In this document: piece after piece, positions 20,494 through 27,827 of the stretch
How the letters are laid out: each line of letters begins with the position of its first letter
How positions within the stretch are numbered: position 1 is the stretch's first letter
Assembly: GCA_965116885.1 (NCBI GenBank)
Contig: OZ220741.1
Coordinates: forward strand, 3,776,001-3,840,000
Source: Candidatus Latescibacterota bacterium
GTDB taxonomy: Bacteria > Latescibacterota > UBA2968
Length of the DNA stretch: 64,000 bases
Reading direction: 5' to 3'
Made by a program: the position numbers and the translations under genes
Notes under the pieces: model-generated
The model's database searches: none
The model's input: only the letters and a program-made list of their open reading frames with translations
Told to the model about the DNA's origin: nothing

Positions 20494-21312
20494 TCAAATC
20501 GTCAATGTTACGAAATCTTTTTTTACTATCTCTTTTTCATGCGTATAGGATTGTGTCTCGAGAAGCTCTCGCGTTTCGGGTGAAAGCCGCGCCAGTACTG
20601 AATCGGGGTATTCGCGGATTTGTCGGTGATATTGCGGGCGGTATCTGAGAATAAAGAAACGGCGATCCCGATCCTTGGGTTGCCAGGCCATTGCCCCATG
20701 TGTCATCAATTCTGTGGTTACGACAATATCGCCAGCACGGGCTGTGATATTTGCCACGCCGAGGGGCACATCTTTTTCAATCCACCCGTCGTTGAACACA
20801 TCAGGAGGTCGCTTAAAATCGCTTTTGTGCGATCCCGGCACGAGCAGCAATCCGCCATCTCCGGGCAAGACATCTGTGAGATAGATAAACACCACCAGGT
20901 CGTCGCAATAAATTTTCCCATCGTCACAGCTATATCGACAACTATAGGGACCAAAACTCTCGCGCGAACAATGCAAGCGATGGACGGGGTCTTTAGCCGT
21001 ATTGATCCGCACTTCACCGCTGTTTAGCCTCGGTCGTCGCCCAGATACTTCCAGTACAATGGGCCAGAATGAACGGTGAAAGACCAACGCTTCCAGTACT
21101 TTGTCAAAAGCAAAAGCGTATTTGAATTGTGTGCGATTTTTGTCAAATAATGAGGTTGAACGCCCAAATCCTTCGGGTAGTTCATCCTCTGAGGCATTTA
21201 CATACCGATTTATAGCCTGTTGTGCGGCTTTTAGTTCTGTTCGTTTAAGTGCTTGTTCCAGGTGCAGATATCCCATCATATCAAATAAATAGCGCTGTGC
21301 ATCTGTCATCAT
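20494..21312 (-). CDS. Phytanoyl-CoA dioxygenase (PhyH) family protein, non-canonical metal triad
   Basis: YLFDMMGYL, YLTDV..GDGGLLLVPGSHK, AGD, THG..W and R motifs; HCS in place of HxD. Confidence 0.85.
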   Translation of the reverse strand: MMTDAQRYLFDMMGYLHLEQALKRTELKAAQQAINRYVNASEDELPEGFGRSTSLFDKNRTQFKYAFAFDKVLEALVFHRSFWPIVLEVSGRRPRLNSGEVRINTAKDPVHRLHCSRESFGPYSCRYSCDDGKIYCDDLVVFIYLTDVLPGDGGLLLVPGSHKSDFKRPPDVFNDGWIEKDVPLGVANITARAGDIVVTTELMTHGAMAWQPKDRDRRFFILRYRPQYHRQIREYPDSVLARLSPETRELLETQSYTHEKEIVKKDFVTLTI

Positions 21313-21331
21313 GATGATCTCCTGTCTTTTG

Positions 21332-22159
21332 TCATCCATAAGCGCCGTGGTCTAAGAATCCGACGAGGCGTCTGAGTCTATCGTTTGCCTTGCGATAGAT
21401 ATGCTCGGGCATGGTGTAGTTCATAAAGGGATAGTATTTGTGGCCAATGAGCCGCCTGCCATAGGTAATTTGCGTGATGTAGCGGCTGCGATTGCTCTGA
21501 TTTGGTCCACCCCTGTGCCAGACTTGATTGTTGAACATGATGACGCTACCGGCTTTGCCGAGGTTGTAATGCACTTTGTCCTGCCATTTTTCCCATGCAA
21601 CCTGGCTTTCACCAATGAGATGTGAGCCTGGAATGACTTCTGTACCACCGTGTTCGATTTTCGTGACATCGGTGAGATAATAATTGCAGGTGAATACGAG
21701 TACGGGAAGGTGGATGTTTGTCGGTGGCTTGCCATCGGTGACAACATAATGCGGGGCGTCGTCCTGATGCCAGGTGGTGAGGCCGCCGCCGGGGGGTGTG
21801 ATAAAGGAGTTGTTGTGTATAACGTGACAATTTTCGGCAACGAGGGCTTCGGCAAAGCTGACGATGGGTTCGAGGTCAAACAGGTTGAGGTTGGCCTGGC
21901 TGTGCTCGAACATGCGATGGCACAGGCGGTGGCTGGATTTGCTGCTTTGTGGGTTGAGCTTGCCATTGGGGTCTTTGTCCCGGCTGGTAAAATGCGAGAG
22001 AGACCAGTCGAGATCCGCTTTGAGTTGTGCGATGTGTTCTTCTTTTAAGACATCTTCGAGAAATAGAAATCCGTCTCTGTTAAATTGTTCTACCCATTCG
22101 GAGATTTGATCTGCATCGAGTGGATAGTTGGATTCAAAGCGCTGATTTTGTGGTTTCAT
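21332..22159 (-). CDS. Phytanoyl-CoA dioxygenase (PhyH) family protein
   Basis: FNRDGFL, WHQD, YYLTD, GGTEVIPGSH and WHRGGPN motifs; GGAGG SD. Confidence 0.9.
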   Translation of the reverse strand: MKPQNQRFESNYPLDADQISEWVEQFNRDGFLFLEDVLKEEHIAQLKADLDWSLSHFTSRDKDPNGKLNPQSSKSSHRLCHRMFEHSQANLNLFDLEPIVSFAEALVAENCHVIHNNSFITPPGGGLTTWHQDDAPHYVVTDGKPPTNIHLPVLVFTCNYYLTDVTKIEHGGTEVIPGSHLIGESQVAWEKWQDKVHYNLGKAGSVIMFNNQVWHRGGPNQSNRSRYITQITYGRRLIGHKYYPFMNYTMPEHIYRKANDRLRRLVGFLDHGAYG

Positions 22160-22254
22160 AATGGCCTCCAAAGGAAGTGAGAAGCAAGGAGTGAGAAGGC
22201 CACCCCATACCGCCAAAAAGGCTGGTGCTTCATCACACTTCACAATCCCTCTTT

Positions 22255-22284
22255 TTCATCTGCGTTCATCTGCGTTCATCTGCG
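22255..22284 (-). repeat. Tandem repeat CGCAGATGAA x3 (GGAT/AGAT family)
   Basis: TTCATCTGCG x3 on the + strand; contains the stop codon of the phosphoesterase gene. Confidence 0.75.
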
Positions 22285-24316
22285 GATACTTTTCGCCTAT
22301 TACTACCAAAATTGGCAAGCCATCCCGTATTTCTATTTGGGCGTCGCGAGACACTGTTTCGGTTTCTCCGGTGCATAGATGATAGATGCGAACAGGGCTG
22401 ATGTCGAGTGAAAATTCAAGGGTGTCGAGATCGAAAATATCTTGGGCAGGTAGTACGAGAGCGAGTTGGCGATTGGTGTTGTTGAGATACAGGACACGGT
22501 TGTTTTCGCATATTTGTTCGGCGGGATCTGTAAAGGTGGTGTCGTGAACGGGACTGTTGAGGAGTGTGTTCAGACAACGCAGGGTGTGAAAGGGAGGACG
22601 GGGGTTGCAGAGGGTGTCGAGCAATCCATGTGTGACATCCATTGTGCGGTCAAAGTCGGTGAGTGGATCGACAAAGAGACGTGCGCCTGGCAGGCGGACA
22701 ATGGCAAATGTGGCTTCGGCAATTCGGCGGGCATTGGTGCTGTCGTTCTGCGCGTCTAATTCGAGGGATATGTCGATGTAGCCGATATTCGAGTATTTGC
22801 GTTCGCTCAGGGATTGGATATAAGTCCAGGGCGATTGGTTGGGCGGTACGCGGCTGAGTACGCGCTGCAGGTGCATATCGGCATTTTGAAGGGTCGCATT
22901 CAGGTTTTCGAGTTCGTCGAGTTGATAACCCATTCGGGTTCGCAGGTGTTGTTTGCCGTGTACGCGTTCGTTGGGGATGATGGGACAAATCGAGAGTTCT
23001 GCGAGTTCTGCACATCGATTGAGTGTTTCGCAAACTTCATCGGATGATAGCGAAGGATCAGATATCTGAATTTCCCAGTTCTGTATGAGATCGAGGTTGG
23101 CTTTGATGTGTTCGGGCAATGAGGCGATGCGCGGTTCGAGGAATGTGGCAATGGGCGTTATCCCTTCGGCACAGAGCATTTCGAGGCGTGTGCGCTGAAA
23201 GGGGTCGCGCAGGTCGCGCCAGGGAAAGCGCACAAATTTGGTGCCGAGTTCTATGCAGGCAAAAAGATGCTGGTCATTGCGCACTTTTTGACGTATGACA
23301 GAGGGATAGGCGATTGGGAGTTCCGCAATGGGCGTGATGGGGTGGCGAAGGGTGAGCCCAACGGGGGAAGACAGAGTGGCGGATGTGCAGGTGACGAGGC
23401 GGTCGCGGGCAGGGCGTTTTGTTTCGCCTTTTGTGCGGATGAAGTGGATGTCGGTGTGTTCGGCGCGTATGCGGAGGAGATAAAATCCCAGCTTGCCCGT
23501 GTCGTCTCGCCCCTGTTCGGGTGGCGGCGCACTGGCATAGAGATGACCGAATCCCGGGCGCGTAAAGGATGTGGAAGGGGTGATGAAATAGCGCGTTTTT
23601 CCAATTTTGTCATAAAAGGGATAGTGTACGTGTGCAGCGAAGAGGCGTTCGATTCCGTATTTTTCAATCAGTGCGAGGAGGCGGTCTCGATCTGGCGGGC
23701 TGATATTGTCGTAGTGTCCCAATCCCGGTTCATTTTTATCCCCAAGATACAAGGGCAGGTGAAAGAAGAGAAAGAGCCGCTGATTTTTATGTTTTTCAAG
23801 GTCGGATTCAAACCATTCCCACTGGTCGTCTGCTTCGGGGATTTTTGAGTTGAGGATCTGGGAATTGAGCACGATAAAATGACAATCGTCGCGGTCAAAA
23901 CTGTACCAGGAAGGTCCAAAGAGTTCGTGGAAGAATGCGAGCGATTCCGCGGTTGCCGCATGGGTGGGCATGGTGGGGTCAGCTTTGTCGCCGATATCGT
24001 GATTGCCAGCGACATAGTGGGGAGAAATATTACAGGCGCGTATCTGATCGCGCGCTTCGAACATCGCGCGTTTGAAGTCCGGTGTTCCGGGATATTCCTG
24101 GACGAGGTCGCCCATGTGGATGACAAAGTCCGCCCCTATATCTGATACCTGTTGCAGGGCAATGCCAGCACGCTGGGTTTGCACGCGGCGCGATTCAAAT
24201 TCGAGGGGGCGGTCGCCAACGTCAATCATGTAATGCGTGTCGGCGATGACCACGTATTCAAATTGAGCGGGGGGGAGGTGGGTTTTGTCGAAGATTATTC
24301 TTTTTCTGCTTTCCAT
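22256..24316 (-). CDS. Calcineurin-like metallophosphoesterase with large unknown C-terminal domain
   Basis: ADTH, MGD, GNHD, HLP and AHVH motifs in the first ~290 aa; overlaps the end of ftrC by 22 bp. Confidence 0.82.
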   Translation of the reverse strand: MESRKRIIFDKTHLPPAQFEYVVIADTHYMIDVGDRPLEFESRRVQTQRAGIALQQVSDIGADFVIHMGDLVQEYPGTPDFKRAMFEARDQIRACNISPHYVAGNHDIGDKADPTMPTHAATAESLAFFHELFGPSWYSFDRDDCHFIVLNSQILNSKIPEADDQWEWFESDLEKHKNQRLFLFFHLPLYLGDKNEPGLGHYDNISPPDRDRLLALIEKYGIERLFAAHVHYPFYDKIGKTRYFITPSTSFTRPGFGHLYASAPPPEQGRDDTGKLGFYLLRIRAEHTDIHFIRTKGETKRPARDRLVTCTSATLSSPVGLTLRHPITPIAELPIAYPSVIRQKVRNDQHLFACIELGTKFVRFPWRDLRDPFQRTRLEMLCAEGITPIATFLEPRIASLPEHIKANLDLIQNWEIQISDPSLSSDEVCETLNRCAELAELSICPIIPNERVHGKQHLRTRMGYQLDELENLNATLQNADMHLQRVLSRVPPNQSPWTYIQSLSERKYSNIGYIDISLELDAQNDSTNARRIAEATFAIVRLPGARLFVDPLTDFDRTMDVTHGLLDTLCNPRPPFHTLRCLNTLLNSPVHDTTFTDPAEQICENNRVLYLNNTNRQLALVLPAQDIFDLDTLEFSLDISPVRIYHLCTGETETVSRDAQIEIRDGLPILVVIGEKYPQMNADERR

Positions 24317-24720
24317 TCGGCGATTTTTTCATCGGCTTTGCGACGCAGTTCGCGGCCCTTGTCCGGGGTGGGGTCTTCGATGAGGCCATAGACCTGGCGG
24401 CCTTCGTGATCTTCGGGTAAGTATTCTGTAATGGGCATGCCTTCAGGGGTGACAAAGAGCAGGCAGTGACAGTATTTGAAAATTTTCATTTCGTCACAGG
24501 CACAGACCCATTCGCGGCTGCGTTCGAGTTCGGCCTTTTTGTCGGGATAAAAGTTGCAGGGGCAAAGCGGACGGCCCAGTTCGTCGATGTTTTCTGCAAG
24601 ACCGCAGATGACTGTGTCGGCGACTTCCCGGGTCGGATGCGGCGATGTCCCGGTTTTTTCCCAGTATTTTTCCGTGTATATCTGCATTCTTTTGAGGCTT
24701 TTTTCTGTGGGTTCTGACAT
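24295..24720 (-). CDS. ftrC: Ferredoxin:thioredoxin reductase catalytic (beta) subunit
   Basis: CPC...CAC...CHC cysteine triplets (LCPCNF, VCACDEM, YCHCLLF). Confidence 0.88.
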   Translation of the reverse strand: MSEPTEKSLKRMQIYTEKYWEKTGTSPHPTREVADTVICGLAENIDELGRPLCPCNFYPDKKAELERSREWVCACDEMKIFKYCHCLLFVTPEGMPITEYLPEDHEGRQVYGLIEDPTPDKGRELRRKADEKIAEWKAEKE

Positions 24721-24830
24721 GGCGATACCGATCCTTTCTTTCTAGCACATCTTAACATAAGAAGTGTTAGACAATGCATGCTTGTTCAAGCATGGAGTGA
24801 TCTCTCAACGCACGCAGAAAGATTCCACGT
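24710..24830 (-). ncRNA. Putative TnpB omegaRNA (scaffold overlapping tnpB 3' end, plus flank-derived guide)
   Basis: Hairpins CATGCTTG-AA-CAAGCATG and CTAACACTTCTTA-TGT-TAAGATGTGCTAG, then AAAGAAAGGATCGG. Boundaries are inferred. Confidence 0.55.
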
Positions 24831-26263
24831 GCTCCGTTTATATCTCGATCCATTTGTTGACCATCTTTACTCACCACCGTCTTGCGTCCTCCAAGATTTG
24901 CTATCACTTCACCTGTCCAACTCACTGTCTTGGACGTGTAGGCTTCATTGACAATCAGCACACGCTTGTTGTTCTGCCACGCTTTCCACTGGAGAAAAAT
25001 CTTAAAACGGTGGTGCGCCCAGGTCAGCATACTTCGCACAGACTTTGAACGTATCCTACGCTTCGATCTTTGTATCATATCTGATACATTGAAGGACGGC
25101 AATAAGATCAGATCAAAGTTATCGACAAGCCATCTGGCACACTGATGATGCAACTCATCAACAAGATTGCGAATGCGGCTTCGCATACGTCTTTGTGCAT
25201 GGCGCATACGCTTTTTGCGATAGGATAACTTTTCTCGTTTTGTCCTGCTGATCAAGTTGTCAAGGTGGTGACACATACGAACAATATGACCAAAGTCATT
25301 CTCACCAACCTTGCCACAATTGGTCGGGCTAAAGAAGGTCTGAAAACTCCGTATCCCTGGATCGAGTGCCACCACACGTCCTTGGGTCTCGGTTGCATTG
25401 CGATGGACTTTTTGGGGGACACACAGATAGTAGGCATCTCGTATTTTGACAAGACGACTATCAAAACATTCTTCTGGCAAAGACTCTGACAGTTTTAACA
25501 CGCCAAGTATGGTATGATAAACTCCTTTCTCGCTTATGGTTGACTTGGTGATATAGCAACTCTGTATCGGATGTTTCCTGCTTCTGAAACGCAACTTGGC
25601 GTAGCTCTCGCTATTCTTGCGTTCCTTGTTATATCTGATCACGGCTTTGCAAGACAAGCAGGCCTCCTTGACAGCATTGCGTTTGATCTGGTATGGCACA
25701 GACAAAAACCGCTCTGGAATAACACATGCCTTAATGATGTGCCACATTTTGATGTAATTCGGATAAGGAGCCGCTTCTCCTGTCAGCACTTCTACTGTCT
25801 GGTTGTAGAACCACCGTGCAGCATCCAGCCATACACGGATGATTTGACGCTGATTATTCACTGGATAAACTCTAATCTTCTTTGATTGCCTGTCTGTACC
25901 TTCGTAGTCCGTGCAGGCGACGAGAGAACGTATAGAGGATGGGCAAAATATCTTGTGTGAGTTCCGCTTTGGGGCTTGCACTTGGGTCATTGAGAACCAG
26001 AACCTCGTTCCCGTTTTGCTGTGCCATCCATTCGATGAGTTCAAAGCCAAATCTTGCAAGGCGGTCTTTGTTGGCAACCACAATCTGGAGCTTTTCTCCG
26101 CGATGTAGTCGTTCCAGTAACTTGAGGAGTCCTTTTCGCTTGTAGTTGAGTCTGCCGCTAGTGTCTCTGACAATTTCCGATCCTTTGAATTGCTCTTGCA
26201 TTGACGAAATTTGTTTTTTAAGGTCGTCTTTTTGGTTTTTGATACTAACTCGGCAGTAGCCAA
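24767..26263 (-). CDS. tnpB: RNA-guided endonuclease TnpB, IS607/pro-Fanzor type
   Basis: KKIRVYP...WLDAARWFYN; RuvC-I ALDPG; RuvC-II LLPSF with downstream NEAYTSKT; RuvC-III DRDINGARGI. Start is uncertain (TTG 26263 or ATG 25990). Confidence 0.9.
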   Translation of the reverse strand: MATAELVSKTKKTTLKNKFRQCKSNSKDRKLSETLAADSTTSEKDSSSYWNDYIAEKSSRLWLPTKTALQDLALNSSNGWHSKTGTRFWFSMTQVQAPKRNSHKIFCPSSIRSLVACTDYEGTDRQSKKIRVYPVNNQRQIIRVWLDAARWFYNQTVEVLTGEAAPYPNYIKMWHIIKACVIPERFLSVPYQIKRNAVKEACLSCKAVIRYNKERKNSESYAKLRFRSRKHPIQSCYITKSTISEKGVYHTILGVLKLSESLPEECFDSRLVKIRDAYYLCVPQKVHRNATETQGRVVALDPGIRSFQTFFSPTNCGKVGENDFGHIVRMCHHLDNLISRTKREKLSYRKKRMRHAQRRMRSRIRNLVDELHHQCARWLVDNFDLILLPSFNVSDMIQRSKRRIRSKSVRSMLTWAHHRFKIFLQWKAWQNNKRVLIVNEAYTSKTVSWTGEVIANLGGRKTVVSKDGQQMDRDINGARGIFLRALRDHSMLEQACIV

Positions 26264-26352
26264 ACAACGGTCGCGTCACTTGCTCGGCGCAAGAAGTCAT
26301 CGACAGCCTAACGGCTATACCCACCCTCCGTACGAAAAGTCTTTATGCATCC
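25872..26352 (-). pseudogene. tnpA: IS607 transposase TnpA (serine recombinase), disrupted
   Basis: YCRVS..QKDDL, LNYKRKGL, KDRLARFGFELI and FSRRLHGLR motifs. The upstream remnant GCIKTFRTEGGYSR*AVDDFL..TVV is in another frame (TAG at 26310-26308; extra T at 26262-26264). No intact HTH start. Confidence 0.82.
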
Positions 26353-26437
26353 CAACGTTGCCACTTTTTGTTACTTTGCATCACCTTCAGATTTTTCAAA
26401 TGTGTTGTGGACTTACAACATGGTTGAAAAATGGGCA

Positions 26438-27742
26438 TCATTCCCACTGCTTTCCCCATAACTTCTGTGCAATCTCCGCGACATTCAATTGATCGATGTC
26501 GTCTCCAATAACTTTTCGCAAATTCTCATACCGAGTACTCTGCATACCACCGCGCGACGACTTGACATATTGAGTCTCATTGAGTGCTCCACAGAAGTAG
26601 AGTTGCCCAGGTGCATTGTCCCAGCCGAGTAACGCCTTTGTGTCTTTGAGACTTTCGATGATTTTGTTGTCGTACTCATCGGTATCTCGCCCTTCCATCA
26701 ACGTCTTTTTTAGATTTACCCCGTCATATTTAATATCAAAAATACTATCAATCTCCAAAATTGCCCGTACGGCCTTGTCTTTGTATAACCCCAAAAACCG
26801 ATGCCTCTTGCTATAACGACGATCTGATGGACAAAAGTAAACGCCGTATTTTTTGTTTATCTCAAGGCTGTTACCACAAGGTACCATTCTCATAAGATAT
26901 TTCGATGGATCGAAGGATTGCGCTTGGACAGCGAATTGCCTGTTGAGATAATCCATAGATTTTCGAAGTTCTGCTCTCGCATCGCCCGGGGGGATGCTGC
27001 ATTCAAAACCGCAGTAGTAATCGTAACCGATGTCGGACAGTGATTTGAGGGGGGGACCAAAATCCGTGTGACCATAGCCCGGCAAAATGCGATTGCTGTC
27101 GGCCAGATGTACATTGGCGATGTGTTTATCCCCTGCGCGGATGGCGTCGGCGAGGTCGGCTTCCTCGATGCTCATGTGGAAGAGATCAGCCATGGTGGCG
27201 ATAGATGGGCTGCCCACTGCTTCGCAGATTTCAACGCCCTGAGCAACTGTGCAGGGCCACCACTGTTCGTAGCGGTTCAGGGGTTCGATGATCAGAAGAC
27301 TGTCGCACGCTTCGGCATGCGGTGCGATGTCTCGTTTGAGAATTTCGATGAGGAGATCTTTTTCAAGTGCAGATGTGCTGTACAGGGGAGAAAGATCGGG
27401 AATGCGTTGCCCACCGCCCATTTTGATGCCGATGAGCGGTGGGAATATCACGCCTACACCGCCGACTTCAGCACACAGGGTGAGGGCGTCGTTAATGGAT
27501 TTTACGGCTGTGCGGCGTTCTTCGGGACGTGCGTCGAGCAGGCGATTGCCGCCCCGGGCAGAGCAAATATTGGGCACGATACCCGTCGCGTCTGACGCTG
27601 CTTTGATCTCATCTGCAAAATCTGCGGTGCTGCTATTGGTGATTTCTATGCCGGAAAATCCGAGTTCTTTGAGGGTCTGGAATTTCTCCATCAGGGTGTT
27701 GCCAGGGGCCATGGGTTCGCGAAGAGAATATTTGATGGTCAT
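26438..27742 (-). CDS. Sugar phosphate isomerase/epimerase (xylose-isomerase-like TIM barrel) fused to a foreign C-terminal domain
   Basis: IEPLNRYE, ADLFHM, HLADSNR..PGYGH and FEC motifs, followed in frame by ~160 unrelated, AT-richer codons. Confidence 0.82.
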   Translation of the reverse strand: MTIKYSLREPMAPGNTLMEKFQTLKELGFSGIEITNSSTADFADEIKAASDATGIVPNICSARGGNRLLDARPEERRTAVKSINDALTLCAEVGGVGVIFPPLIGIKMGGGQRIPDLSPLYSTSALEKDLLIEILKRDIAPHAEACDSLLIIEPLNRYEQWWPCTVAQGVEICEAVGSPSIATMADLFHMSIEEADLADAIRAGDKHIANVHLADSNRILPGYGHTDFGPPLKSLSDIGYDYYCGFECSIPPGDARAELRKSMDYLNRQFAVQAQSFDPSKYLMRMVPCGNSLEINKKYGVYFCPSDRRYSKRHRFLGLYKDKAVRAILEIDSIFDIKYDGVNLKKTLMEGRDTDEYDNKIIESLKDTKALLGWDNAPGQLYFCGALNETQYVKSSRGGMQSTRYENLRKVIGDDIDQLNVAEIAQKLWGKQWE

Positions 27743-27788
27743 AATCAGTTCCGATATGGATTGGGAATTTATGAAAACGCCTACAGAC

Positions 27789-27816
27789 AATATACCGCCT
27801 TATGGATAAAAGGCAA
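27789..27816 (-). promoter_or_regulatory. Sigma70-type promoter
   Basis: TTGCCT-N16-TATATT upstream of 27742. Confidence 0.4.
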
Positions 27817-27827
27817 GGTCAGGACGA

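Larger units (their letters stand above)
24728..26430 (-). mobile_element. IS607-family insertion sequence, degenerate (left end uncertain)
   Basis: Serine-recombinase tnpA remnant overlapping tnpB; AT-richer than the flanks; right end ...AGAAAGGATCGG ends in GG at 24728. Confidence 0.8.

Noticed and set aside
22160..22250. Known riboswitch (fluoride, SAM, guanidine, ZTP) upstream of PhyH
   Set aside because: The consensus nucleotides of these classes are not recognisable. It is kept only as an unnamed structured leader.
26403..26420. TGTTGT-N6-ACAACA inverted repeat as the IS607 left end
   Set aside because: Only 6-bp arms, and IS607 ends are not defined by terminal inverted repeats. It cannot be supported without other copies.
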